A DNA stretch of 24,135 bases from an uncultured Aminicenantes bacterium. GTDB lineage: Bacteria; Acidobacteriota; Aminicenantia; UBA2199. Both the position numbers and the translations under genes were made by a program. Each line of letters opens with the position of its first letter. The stretch's first letter is position 1. Under the pieces are notes generated by a model, which saw only the letters and a list, made by a program, of their open reading frames with translations, was not told where the DNA came from and made no database searches. Where the stretch lies: assembly GCA_965195285.1 (NCBI GenBank), contig CBDAFS010000047.1, positions 1 through 24,135 of the forward strand, given 5' to 3'. Positions 1-10,000 of the stretch are shown one piece after another.

Positions 1-1
1 T

Positions 2-193
2 TTGTGCACTCTCTGCGGTGCCTGCATCAGGGCCTGTCCCAATGAAGCGGCACGGGGAATGGTTGATAACAAAATTATGGGAGCGGATTGTTTCTGTTGC
101 ATGCGCTGTTTGAACACCTGTCCGGTGGATGCCATCCATTATAGATGTGTTTTGAAAAACCAAAAACCAAAAGGGACAGGCCTTGACAAATAA
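2..193 (+). CDS. 4Fe-4S dicluster (ferredoxin-type) domain, 3' end of a gene truncated by the window edge
   Basis: Two CxxCxxCxxxCP motifs (CTLCGACIRACP, CFCCMRCLNTCP). The frame is open from base 2, so the TTG start is probably an edge artefact. Stop TAA at 191-193. Confidence 0.85.
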   Translation: MCTLCGACIRACPNEAARGMVDNKIMGADCFCCMRCLNTCPVDAIHYRCVLKNQKPKGTGLDK

Positions 194-222
194 GCAAGGT
201 ATGTTTGTGAGGAGGTATGGAA

Positions 223-285
223 ATGGATCATGGAGAAATTAACAACAAAAAGGATAAAGAAAAGGTTACTGGATTGGTAGGGTGA
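223..285 (+). CDS. Putative 20-aa small upstream ORF (MDHGEINNKKDKEKVTGLVG) coupled to the hydrolase
   Basis: SD AGGAGGT at 210-216 lies 6 nt before ATG 223 (in-frame ATG also at 217). Its TGA (283-285) overlaps the hydrolase GTG (282-284) as GTGA. Confidence 0.35.
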   Translation: MDHGEINNKKDKEKVTGLVG

Positions 286-1064
286 AGAACCTCAGAAAAT
301 ACGGTGCTGCGCCTTACCGGGTAGCGGTAATCCACGGCGGTCCCGGTGTTGCCGGACAGATGTCAGCGGTTGCCCAAGAGTTGTCCATGGATCGGGGTGT
401 GCTGGAACCGATACAAACCGAATTGAGTCTGTCCGGCCAGGTTGAAGAGTTGAAGTCGGTTTTGGAAAAAAACAGCGGGGTCCCGGTGGTCCTGATCGGA
501 TTTTCATGGGGAGCCTGGCTGTGTTTTATCACTGCAGCTCGTTTTCCGGAGTTGGTTGAAAAACTGATTTTAATCAGCAGCGGTCCATTCCGGGAGCTGG
601 ATGCCCGACATATTATGGAGACCCGTTTGAAGCGGCTCAACCCGGAAGAGCGGGCTGAAGTTCATGGTCTGATAGAAAAGCTCCTGGATCCATCCGCTGT
701 GGAGAAAGATCGGGTATTGTCCCGGATCGGATGTTTGTTTTCGAAGGCCGATGCCTTTGATCCCATCAAATCTGAACCAGAGAGCCTGGATGTATGCTTT
801 GAGATTTACCGTTCGGTCTGGCCAGAGGCAGCAGAAATGAGGCGAAGTGAAAAACTCCTCGAAATGGGTTCCCGGATCCAATGCCCGGTGGTGGCCATTC
901 ACGGTGATCATGATCCCCATCCGGCCCGGGGTGTGGAGGAACCGCTGAAAGAATCAGTGGCTGATTTCCGATTCATTCTGTTACGGAATTGCGGACACAT
1001 GCCCTGGATTGAAGCCCAGGCCAGAGAAAAATTTTTCGCAATTCTCAGAGAAACCTTGATTTGA
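282..1064 (+). CDS. Alpha/beta fold hydrolase (proline iminopeptidase-like)
   Basis: HGGPG oxyanion motif, nucleophile elbow GFSWG, acid region HGDHD and catalytic His in CGHMPW; 260 aa. Confidence 0.9.
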   Translation: MKNLRKYGAAPYRVAVIHGGPGVAGQMSAVAQELSMDRGVLEPIQTELSLSGQVEELKSVLEKNSGVPVVLIGFSWGAWLCFITAARFPELVEKLILISSGPFRELDARHIMETRLKRLNPEERAEVHGLIEKLLDPSAVEKDRVLSRIGCLFSKADAFDPIKSEPESLDVCFEIYRSVWPEAAEMRRSEKLLEMGSRIQCPVVAIHGDHDPHPARGVEEPLKESVADFRFILLRNCGHMPWIEAQAREKFFAILRETLI

Positions 1065-1118
1065 ACAGATAATATTATGAAGAAAAAATCAGCCGGGCTA
1101 TCCTAATCTGTTTTCTTT

Positions 1119-1820
1119 TTAAATACCTGAAGTGATTTTGAAAACATGGTCTGCCAACTGTCCGATGCGCTGGCTCATCCATTTCACCACCTGTTCGTCG
1201 TGGGAGATGAATACATAGCTGATATGTGTCTGTTCCTGGATTTGTTTCAATAGCCTGAGTATTTGGGCCTGGATGGAAATATCCAGGGCGGAAGTGGGTT
1301 CATCGAGCACAACAACCCGGGGTTTGAGCATCAGAATTCTGGCCAGGGTTGCCCGCTGGTTAATACCGCCGGATAGCTGCCAGGAAAGGTAATCCAGGAG
1401 CTGGAGCGGCAGGCCAACCTGATCACAGGTCTGTTTGATCAATTGATCGTGACCCTCTGGTTCCAGCCGGGTAATCAACCGGGTATCGGAAAGAATCCGG
1501 CCCAGGGTTTTTTTCGGATTCAGTGTTCCTTCCGGATCCTGAAACATCATCTGCACCTGGCTGCGAAAATGCCGGAACTCCGATGGCTTCAGGTTGTGGA
1601 TATTCTGTTGTAGAAAATTAACTTCACCGTCGGTGGGCCGGATTAACCCGGCAATGATTTTGCCCAGGGTGGTTTTTCCGGCACCGGATCTGCCCATTAT
1701 TCCAAGGGTTTGGCCCCTTTCAATTTCCAGCGATACGTCTTGAAACAGGGGATGCGGGAATTTGGTTCCCTTTAATTTGAAACCCATCCCGACCTGTTTT
1801 AATTCTAATAGAGATGACAT
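1119..1820 (-). CDS. Peptide/nickel ABC transporter ATP-binding subunit (DppF/OppF/NikE-like, short form)
   Basis: Walker A GRSGAGKT, Q-loop MMFQDP, signature LSGGINQR, Walker B VVVLDEPTSALD, H-loop ISHD. No C-terminal HPY/Cys extension. Confidence 0.92.
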   Translation of the reverse strand: MSSLLELKQVGMGFKLKGTKFPHPLFQDVSLEIERGQTLGIMGRSGAGKTTLGKIIAGLIRPTDGEVNFLQQNIHNLKPSEFRHFRSQVQMMFQDPEGTLNPKKTLGRILSDTRLITRLEPEGHDQLIKQTCDQVGLPLQLLDYLSWQLSGGINQRATLARILMLKPRVVVLDEPTSALDISIQAQILRLLKQIQEQTHISYVFISHDEQVVKWMSQRIGQLADHVFKITSGI

Positions 1821-2743
1821 TTCACTTTTCCTCTATCCAGGGTTTTTATTTCCGGTCTTTCCCGATTACAGAAGCCGAGCCGTTGGGGGCAACGGGGGTG
1901 AAATCGGCAACCGCCGGGCAATTGATCCAGGCTGGGGCTTTTGCCGGGTATGGGATGAAATCCCTTTTCAGGGCTTGAATCCAGCAGTGCCCGAGAATAG
2001 GGGTGCCGGGGATTACCAAAAAAAGAGTCATTCGGAGAAGTCTCGATGATCTCGCCGGCGTACATAACGGCCATTTGATCGGCAAGTCTCCGGGCCAGGT
2101 TGAGGTCATGGGTGATCAGGATTAAGGTAACCTGCTCAATCTGCTTGGCTTTTATCAATTCATTGATAATGATTTCCCGGGTAGAACGGTCCAGTCCCTT
2201 GGTGGGTTCGTCGGCGATAATGACCTCCGGTTTGGTCAGCAGGGCAGCCGCAATCAACAGCCTCTGCTTCATTCCTCCCGACAGCTGGTGGGGATACAGT
2301 TTTAAAATGGATTTCCCATTATCAAATCCCAATTTTTCAAGTATTTGCAGGATCTGATTCCGGGCCCGGTTTCGATTGGTCAGATGATGAATGATTAAAG
2401 GTTCGACCAGTTGGTTTTGGATGTTAATGACCGGATTTAAGGAAAGATCCGGATTTTGAGGGATAATGCAGATCCGGGTTCCCCGGATTTTTTCCATTTG
2501 AATTTCCTTCAGTTTCAGGAGATTGAGGCCATTTAGCTTGATTTTTCCGGAAACCCTGGCCTGCGGGTCCAAAATTCGGATAATGGACTTGGCAATGATA
2601 GATTTTCCGCAGCCGCTTTCTCCAAGAATAACCAGGGTTTGGTTTCCGGGACATTCGAGTGAGATATGGTCAACCACCCTGAGCAGGCCCTTGATGGTGG
2701 GGAAACTCACCTGCAGGTTTTTTATGAATAATCCTGATTTCAT
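1805..2743 (-). CDS. Peptide/nickel ABC transporter ATP-binding subunit (DppD/OppD-like)
   Basis: GESGCGKS, LSGGMKQR, IIADEPT, ITHD, and a C-terminal HPY motif plus CRFHPRC..C..C. Start placed at ATG 2743 (MKSGLF), which overlaps the upstream TGA by 1 nt, rather than at 2860. Confidence 0.93.
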   Translation of the reverse strand: MKSGLFIKNLQVSFPTIKGLLRVVDHISLECPGNQTLVILGESGCGKSIIAKSIIRILDPQARVSGKIKLNGLNLLKLKEIQMEKIRGTRICIIPQNPDLSLNPVINIQNQLVEPLIIHHLTNRNRARNQILQILEKLGFDNGKSILKLYPHQLSGGMKQRLLIAAALLTKPEVIIADEPTKGLDRSTREIIINELIKAKQIEQVTLILITHDLNLARRLADQMAVMYAGEIIETSPNDSFFGNPRHPYSRALLDSSPEKGFHPIPGKSPSLDQLPGGCRFHPRCPQRLGFCNRERPEIKTLDRGKVKCHLY

Positions 2744-3555
2744 CACAATTGATCTGTAGACTGGATGCGATTGTGGTGGGGTTCCAACCGGTATCCCAGC
2801 CACAATACAGTGAATACCACGGCCACAATACACAGTCCCGGCGGCAGGTACCACCACCATAGATTGTTGAAGAAGCCGCCCCTGGCAAAGGCAAAGTGGA
2901 TCATCATTCCCCAGCTCTTGGCAGATGTGTCACCCAACCCCAGAAAAGAAATTGATGCCTCGACAGTCATGGCCGTGGCCAGATTGATTAAAAATTTCGG
3001 AAAGACAACATCCTGCAGGTTGGGAAGGATTTCTGAAAAAATGATGTAACCGTGCTTGAATCCCAGACACTTGGCACTTTCAATGAACCCCGCTTCCCGC
3101 AACTGCTTGGTCTTACTGCGAACCACCAGACAGGTGGATGGCCACCATAGTACTCCCAGGATAATGGCTATCAACCAGTAATCGGGTTTGATAAAAGCGG
3201 CCAGGAGGATGAGCACCGGAATTTTGGGAATAACCAGGAATATATCAGTCAGCATTTGAACCAGACTGAGAATCTTACCCGGGAAATATCCGGACAGCAA
3301 TCCCAGCACCAGTCCGATTGAAGAAGAAACCGCTGCAGCAATCAATCCGACCATCAGTGATATTTTGGTTCCGGCTAACAGCTCCGAAAGAATGTCGTGG
3401 CCCAGGTCATTGGTGCCCAGGTAATGGCCATGGCTTGGCATTTGAAAGGCCTCAAAGCGCTTCCAGGGATCATGGGGGGCCAGCCAGTGGGTGAGCAGGG
3501 AGGTGACTATGAAGATCAGGCCAACCGTAATTCCCCATTTCAGAATCTTGTTCAT
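2743..3555 (-). CDS. Peptide/nickel ABC transporter permease (DppC/OppC-like)
   Basis: HYLGTNDLGHDILS, EAA loop FIESAKCLG, EASISFLGLG and SWG motifs, with several hydrophobic segments. Confidence 0.93.
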   Translation of the reverse strand: MNKILKWGITVGLIFIVTSLLTHWLAPHDPWKRFEAFQMPSHGHYLGTNDLGHDILSELLAGTKISLMVGLIAAAVSSSIGLVLGLLSGYFPGKILSLVQMLTDIFLVIPKIPVLILLAAFIKPDYWLIAIILGVLWWPSTCLVVRSKTKQLREAGFIESAKCLGFKHGYIIFSEILPNLQDVVFPKFLINLATAMTVEASISFLGLGDTSAKSWGMMIHFAFARGGFFNNLWWWYLPPGLCIVAVVFTVLWLGYRLEPHHNRIQSTDQL

Positions 3556-4502
3556 TTTGGTTTTCTGGTTCTGGGATCCAGCATCAGCTGCAGTCCCTCG
3601 GCGATCAGATTGGCCGCAATGACCATAAAGGTAATTGTCAGAAAGATACCCTGGATCAAGGGGTAATCCCGGCTTAGAATGGAATCATAAATCAGGGTTC
3701 CCATGCCATTCAGGGAAAACACGATTTCGATAAACAGGGCTCCGCTGAATAGGAATCCGAAATCGAGGGCAATCAGGGCGATCAGTGGCAATATGGCATT
3801 TTTAAAAACATGTCTGTTCAGTATTTGTCCGGCTGAAAGGCCCTTGGCCCGGGCATAAATGACATAGGGTTGGTCTTTCTCCAGTATTACACTTCCCCGC
3901 ATGATCAGGAAGTTTCGGGACAAAGAGATCAGGCTCAAAACCATAACCGGAAGCAGATAGTGCAGCAAAATGTCTTGGAACGATCCGCTCTGATAAAATC
4001 CCTTCATGGGAAATATATTCAGCTGAATGGAAAAAATATTCAGAACCATCATGGCCAGGAAAAATGCCGGTATGGAATAGAGAAAAATCAACGCATGGGT
4101 AAACAGGCGGTTTAATCGGGTTGGAGAGGTCCAGGCTGATCGGGCACCCAGGAAAATTCCCAGCAGAGCGCCGAAAAAAATCGAGGGCAGGAGCAATCCC
4201 AGGGTCCAGGGAATTCGGTCGATAATAATGGAGATCACTTTTTTTCGAAAATGGTAGGAATAACCGAAATCCATACGCAGCAAATCCCGGCAATAATATA
4301 AAAATTGAGCCGCCACCGGTTTATCCAGGCCCAATTCCCTTTTCAGGTTGTTCAGGGTTTCTTGATCAACCGATGCATCTTTACCCAGCAAATAGATCAT
4401 GGGATCTCCGGGCATGGCCCGGGGAATGACAAAATTCAAGATGATGATCACCAACAAAGTCAGGAAAATTCGGATGGTACGCTGTTTAAAGTTGGGCATC
4501 AT
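3552..4502 (-). CDS. Peptide/nickel ABC transporter permease (DppB/OppB-like)
   Basis: MPGDP, LGLDKP, DFGYS, YVIYARAKGL, IEIVFSLNGMG and RDYPLIQG motifs. ATGA overlap with the next gene. Confidence 0.93.
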   Translation of the reverse strand: MMPNFKQRTIRIFLTLLVIIILNFVIPRAMPGDPMIYLLGKDASVDQETLNNLKRELGLDKPVAAQFLYYCRDLLRMDFGYSYHFRKKVISIIIDRIPWTLGLLLPSIFFGALLGIFLGARSAWTSPTRLNRLFTHALIFLYSIPAFFLAMMVLNIFSIQLNIFPMKGFYQSGSFQDILLHYLLPVMVLSLISLSRNFLIMRGSVILEKDQPYVIYARAKGLSAGQILNRHVFKNAILPLIALIALDFGFLFSGALFIEIVFSLNGMGTLIYDSILSRDYPLIQGIFLTITFMVIAANLIAEGLQLMLDPRTRKPK

Positions 4503-6099
4503 TGAACTGAAGGTTGAGTAAGCTGTTTATGTTATAGATTCCAAAAAGCGGGTCATGATGCCAGCCGGAGAGATGGTGTTTCATGGGGATCACATCGGTT
4601 TTCCAGATCAGGGCAATAGCCGGTAAATGGCAAGCATAGTATTCCTGAATTTTCCGGGCCAGGGATTTGAGTTGAGCGGGAATTTTTGTGGCTAAAATAT
4701 TATCACATAAACCGATAAAATCCGGGTCATCCAGGGTATGCAGAACCCCTTCACCGGAACGGCGGCTGTCAAAGTACCCGGTGGCCCAGCCGGCATGCAT
4801 CATCATTCCCCAGGGAGTGGTCCGGCTGAGAGTCAGATCATATTTGTAGTTGTCTTTCATATTGACCCAGGAGGCCGGATCCAGTATTTGTAGACGGGTA
4901 CGGAGGCCAACCTGTTTCAGGTAATCGATTATCAATTCCCCCAGACGAATATAAATCGAGGTGGCCACCAGGTTGATTTTCAGTTGATTACCACCCGGAT
5001 CCTCTACAAAGCCATCTCCATTGACATCTCTGTAACCCGCATCTTCCAGCAGGGTTTTAGCCAGGCCAATGTTTTTGTGCAGGGATTCGGTGGGGTGATA
5101 GAACCTGAAATGGGACGGGATGAATCCCCTTCGGGGCAGGGCCCCATAATCACGGGCAATCAACCGGATGATCTCCGCATAGTCCAGTGCATACAATACG
5201 GCCAGCCGGAGTGATGAATCGGAAAAGGGAAATTTCTTCAGGTTGAATCCTAAGAAAACGAGGCCGTTCTGTTTGAAGGTCAGTATTTTAAAATGGCCGC
5301 TGGCTTTCAGGGAGTTGATATTTTCATATGGAAACGTATCGGCATATTTGTAATAGGTATCGACATCTCCTCTTTTCAGGGCCAGTGAAAGTACATCAAC
5401 GTTATGGTAGGTATGGATTTCAATTTGATTGATCCGGGGATTTGAACCCTTCCAGTATGGATTCCGGCAGAAGCGGATGATTCCCGAGTTCAGGTCTGCT
5501 TCCCGGATTATATAGGGGCCGCAGCCTGTATAGTACTTCCCGGATTCCCGGTCCCGGGGGTCTTTTATCCCCTGCCAGATATGCCGGGGAAAGATTCTGA
5601 TGGAAGCCAGCTCGATATCGAAGCGGGTATAGGGCTGGTTCAGGGTGCAGGTGACCTGATTCCCGGATATATCGATCTTTCTGATGATTGTACCCAGCCA
5701 TTTACGGAAGGGCAGATGGGTGTTTTTGTAAAGCAGTGTAAATTTGATATCTTCGGGTGAAACCGGATGACCGTCGCTCCAGTAATAATCCTGATTGATT
5801 TGAAAGGTCCAGGTTTTGTAATCAGCCGAATAGTGGTAATTTTTTGCCAATAACCCCATCGGATTTCCATCCAAACCGAGTTTGAGCAGGGGCGGGTGAG
5901 AGATTATGGAAAAAAGTGACAGTGATGGATCAAACAAAAGGTTCTGTGATTTGACCCGGTGGATGGTGCCGATCTTCACAATCCGGGTATTTTTTTCCTT
6001 TGTTTTTTGAGGAAGGCAATCGGACAGGAGCAGGGAAGAGATTATGATGAGCTGGATAAAAAAGGGATACGGCTTCTTGGTAAAAGATATTGGTAACAC
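4486..6099 (-). CDS. ABC transporter substrate-binding protein, family 5 (peptide/nickel), probably a lipoprotein
   Basis: SBP family-5 motifs (WSDGHPVSPEDIKFT, GCGPY, NPYWKG, LRLAVLYALD, LLEDAGY.D.NGDG) and a hydrophobic signal ending LLLSDC. The ORF is open to TTG 6138, but that TTG is part of a -35 box, so GTG 6099 is preferred. Confidence 0.9.
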   Translation of the reverse strand: MLPISFTKKPYPFFIQLIIISSLLLSDCLPQKTKEKNTRIVKIGTIHRVKSQNLLFDPSLSLFSIISHPPLLKLGLDGNPMGLLAKNYHYSADYKTWTFQINQDYYWSDGHPVSPEDIKFTLLYKNTHLPFRKWLGTIIRKIDISGNQVTCTLNQPYTRFDIELASIRIFPRHIWQGIKDPRDRESGKYYTGCGPYIIREADLNSGIIRFCRNPYWKGSNPRINQIEIHTYHNVDVLSLALKRGDVDTYYKYADTFPYENINSLKASGHFKILTFKQNGLVFLGFNLKKFPFSDSSLRLAVLYALDYAEIIRLIARDYGALPRRGFIPSHFRFYHPTESLHKNIGLAKTLLEDAGYRDVNGDGFVEDPGGNQLKINLVATSIYIRLGELIIDYLKQVGLRTRLQILDPASWVNMKDNYKYDLTLSRTTPWGMMMHAGWATGYFDSRRSGEGVLHTLDDPDFIGLCDNILATKIPAQLKSLARKIQEYYACHLPAIALIWKTDVIPMKHHLSGWHHDPLFGIYNINSLLNLQFNDAQL

Positions 6100-6109
6100 G
6101 GTTGGAATA

Positions 6110-6138
6110 ATCGTAGCACAACTGTCTGCCAATATCAA
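6110..6138 (-). promoter_or_regulatory. Sigma70-type promoter of the ABC operon
   Basis: On the minus strand: TTGATA (6138-6133), 17-nt spacer ending in TGn, then TACGAT (6115-6110), 10 nt before GTG 6099. Confidence 0.55.
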
Positions 6139-6180
6139 CCTGCGGGTTCGGCTTTTCTGTATACTATTTGAAATTCACGT

Positions 6181-6209
6181 TTGACATCTTGAAGAAAAAT
6201 AAATAGGAT
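6181..6209 (+). promoter_or_regulatory. Sigma70-type promoter of the metallophosphoesterase
   Basis: TTGACA (6181-6186), 17 nt, TAGGAT (6204-6209); ATG at 6216. Confidence 0.65.
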
Positions 6210-6215
6210 GAATGA

Positions 6216-7076
6216 ATGGAATATTTTTTTGTTAGCGATCTGCATGGAAATATTGAGAAATATGAAAAATTGTTTCATTCAATAGAAAAACAAATACCCG
6301 ATGCGGTTTTTATCGGCGGCGATATCCTGCCTCATTTTTCAGTACCGGCTCAAGGACTGGATTCAGATTCTAATGATTTTATAAATGATTACCTGGTGAA
6401 AAAAATGACAGATCTGAAAAACCGGTTAAATGATTCATACCCTCCTGTTTTTCTTATTCTGGGGAATGATGATGGTCGATTCAGGGAAACTGCTATTCTG
6501 GATGCAGCGGCTAAAGGTCTATGGCATTACTGTCATTCAAGGCGTTTTATTCTGGATAAATATAGAGTTTACGGGTATGCTTATGTTCCTCCGACTCCAT
6601 TTCGTTTAAAAGACTGGGAACGCTATGATGTATCACGGTATACTGATCCCGGTTGTATTCCTATTGAAGAGGGAGTTTTTTCCCACCCGGTTTCGGAGTC
6701 TGAAAAAATGTATACCACTATTAGCGATGATCTGAAAAAGCTTGCGAATGATGATCCCATGGATAATGCCATTTTCCTCTTTCATACACCGCCCTACAAG
6801 ACCAATCTGGATCGGGCGGCACTGGACAACAAAAAAATAGATTATGTTCCCCTGGATGTTCACGTGGGAAGTATTGCGGTTAAACGTTTTATCGAAGAGC
6901 GGCAGCCACTGATTACCTTGCATGGCCATGTCCATGAATCAGCCCGAATCACAGGTTTCTGGAATGATCGGATCGGCCGAACCCATGCATTTTCCGCGGC
7001 CTATGATGGAAAGGAGCTGGCATTGATTCGCTTTAATCCCGAACAACCTGAAAGAGCCAGCCGGCAACTGCGGTGA
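6216..7076 (+). CDS. Calcineurin-like metallophosphoesterase (Icc-related)
   Basis: Five metal-binding motifs: SDLHG, GGD, GNDD, FHTPP, HGHVHE; 286 aa. Confidence 0.9.
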   Translation: MEYFFVSDLHGNIEKYEKLFHSIEKQIPDAVFIGGDILPHFSVPAQGLDSDSNDFINDYLVKKMTDLKNRLNDSYPPVFLILGNDDGRFRETAILDAAAKGLWHYCHSRRFILDKYRVYGYAYVPPTPFRLKDWERYDVSRYTDPGCIPIEEGVFSHPVSESEKMYTTISDDLKKLANDDPMDNAIFLFHTPPYKTNLDRAALDNKKIDYVPLDVHVGSIAVKRFIEERQPLITLHGHVHESARITGFWNDRIGRTHAFSAAYDGKELALIRFNPEQPERASRQLR

Positions 7077-7088
7077 AATAATGGCAGG

Positions 7089-10000
7089 TCAGGTTGTTTG
7101 TTGATCCTTGAGGGGTAAGGGCATTGCCGCATCGGTTACCGCACCAATTTTAGCTGCATAACTGGTCTTATTTTTGATATCTTCATCAGTAACCAAATGG
7201 ACATCCAATAATCCATCGGTTTGGTACCCGGTTTTGAGGTAATTTTGTTCTGCCAGGGTTAAGCTCCAGCCTTCAAGCCAGTGTTGAAGCGCTTCTTTCT
7301 GTTTAGCAGATCCATTAAAATGAATCAGGAGATCAATATCACTGGCCGGTCCTGCTGTGGCATTTTTGGTGCTGCCAAAAACATATAACCCTTTTACCCC
7401 GAATCGTTCGGGATCCAAACCGGATGCGATTTTTTTTACCATGTGTATTCGCCAGAGCCAAAAGTCATTGTCCAGTTTTTTGGCAGGTTCTTTTTCATCC
7501 GAAGAATATATGAGGGTACCGGTTGAAGGTTCTGATAAAAAACCGATGGCTTCTTCGAGATCCGCATTCATTAAAACACGAAGGATCATACCCTCATTGG
7601 TTTTCGGAACATCAATCACGTGAATTACCTTTTCCAGTGAAGAACATTCCGGGAGAATTTGCTTGAGTATGTTTTTCGAAGACAGAAAAAACCTTTCATT
7701 GAATACAACCTTTTCATCATCAGGATATAAAGGTAGATACCGGATGGAAGACTCCACCAGATCCTGGAAGAAATGGGTTCCGAAAGATAGATCGGGGATA
7801 TAGTTGCCCTTCTTTCTGGCGATTTCGATCAACATTGCGGTATTGTTTATGTCGGAATAGGTGACATTTACCCCCAGTTTGATATCACCTCGACTCCCCC
7901 AGCGTCCCGGTCCCATCAGGATAAACTGGCGTTTGGGTAAAACCTTGTTTAATCGTCCAACGGTTCGCCCGATTGATTTTAATTCGGAGAGATCGGGAAT
8001 ATCATTGTAGGTGTCGGGATTCACATAAACAATATGGGTAATATCCGGGACATGGCCATTTGATATAAAACGATTGGCAGAAAAAATAATTTCATTTTCC
8101 GGGATATCCTTGGGAATGGGAGCCGGTGAAATTTCTTTTGAAAAACTTTGGGGTCGACACTGAAGTAAATAAAAATCTGTGCCATCATGAGCAAATTCAA
8201 TATCCACAGGGGTGTTCATTTTTTCCTTTAAAACGGTTAATAATTGTTTCATCCGGATAATGAAGGGGGTCTTATTCAACAGACCTTCAAAGGTAACGAT
8301 CAGATTATTTTGATCAAAATCGATTCCCAGAATAGAAGTGGCGGTGGTAAAAAGATTATCCTGAAGAATGGATACCATATTTTCAATTCCCGGTATATCG
8401 TTTCCGACATTCTTGAGCAATTCTTTGATTTCCACACTTTCGAACCGGTTGCTTTCCAGGTTAATCACATCGAGCATCTTGGGGGAATAATGAGCGGTTT
8501 CATCAGGGGTTAAATTAATCCGATAATCGGGGTTTCCCGGAGAAATCAGAACCGGGTAATCATTGACCACCCGGTCCACTGCCCGGGTTCCCAATCCCGG
8601 CACCAGCCGGACCAGTCCATCTTCCCTTTGAATGCGGGTGGACCATCGGAATTCATTGTTACTGAAGGCCACGCCGGCAAAAGTGGGAAAGAAATATTGC
8701 CCCACCCGTTTTCCCACCACCTCTTGCAGTAAGATGCCCATTTCTTCCTGGAAGTCCAGCAATCCTCTTTCTTTACGGTATTCGATAGGGTCGGGGGCAA
8801 AAATGGATGCATATACCTCGGAGATGGCATCAAACAAGGCATCCAATCGCTGTTGTTTGGTCCCCTGATTGGCTAAGAATAAACTTTTATATTTTCCGGA
8901 AAATGCCGAACCAAGGCGATCCTCTAATAAACTGGAGCTACGGACAATTATGGGTTTATCCCCGAAATCATCCAGTGCCAGAGACAGGCCTTTTACCATT
9001 TCCGGCGGGAAATATGAATTTTTAAAGATCTGAATGATATTCGGGTAATCATAATGAATTTCATCGGTTTCCTTATATTTCTGTTCATAAATATTTTCGA
9101 GATTATTATACCTGAGGAAACTAATGATCCCATCGGTGCTGATATACCAGGTTTTTGGTATTTTAATATTTTCTTTTAGCTCCGGAAATTGGGTTTCCTT
9201 TTCGACAATTTTGGATGCCAGGAATAAGCCCGCGCTTTTTCCTCCCAATTTTCCATTACTATCGGCAGGAGATATGATCCTCTGAACGATATCATGGTAA
9301 TCACGAACTTCAGTATATTTCTTGGTGATGTTTATTAATTCCAGTTGATCAAAGAAAAATCGACGAGTCAATGATACCCGTAGTCCTTTGTCTATGGCTG
9401 GAGATAGTTTTACACCTTCCGAATCGAGATGCTGATAGCGGGAAAGGGCTTCAATAATATCTGATAAAGAAGATCTTGAATCATCGATGGCACGGACCAG
9501 GAAACGCGAACGGTCTTCGGCAATCCATTTTTGAATACTGGACATAATAATATCCTTGTTCAGATGATTGGCTGCGATGTTAAAGATATCATCACTGATT
9601 GTCATAACTTTATCCAGGGCTTCTTTTTTCAGCGGGCGGTTGAGTTCCTCGGAAATATCTTCTCCTTCGAAATTTTGATCAATGGTGATTTTTTCCAGTA
9701 ACTGTTTGGCGCTTTCCACTCCGATCCAGCACAGGTGATAAAGCATTTTTTGGGAAATATTGATATAAAGATTTTTTTCTGATTTTTTAAGGAGTTCTAT
9801 GATGGGTTTCCACTCATTTTTACTGTCCATGCTCTCTTGAAGACCGTTATCCTGTTTCTGGGTAATTTTCTGTTTTAATTCTTTGGACCAGATGAATTGG
9901 GCAATACGGTCCGAAATGGTATTGAGCAGTTTTGTCTCCTCTTTTAAAAAATATACGTCTTTCTTGTTGCCGGGTTCTTGAATATAGGAGACGGTTATTT

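Noticed and set aside
1064-1118. Bidirectional terminator between the hydrolase and the ABC operon
   Set aside because: Only a 7-bp AT-rich stem (AACAGAT/ATCTGTT) with a very long loop and a 4-bp inner stem; too weak to call.
2744-2860. N-terminal extension of the 351-aa ATPase ORF
   Set aside because: It lies inside the permease gene. ATG 2743 gives a typical start with a 1-nt stop/start overlap.
6100-6138. TTG 6138 as the SBP start
   Set aside because: It coincides with the -35 box of a well-spaced promoter and would give an overlong signal peptide.
6460-6475. GNDD instead of GNHD as a sign of an inactive phosphoesterase
   Set aside because: Substitution at this position occurs in Icc-related subfamilies, and all the metal ligands are retained.
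7089-7460. NTase as a CBASS CD-NTase or an MNT-HEPN toxin-antitoxin component
   Set aside because: The domain is only about 120 aa with no C-terminal helical lobe, and no effector or HEPN gene is recognisable nearby.
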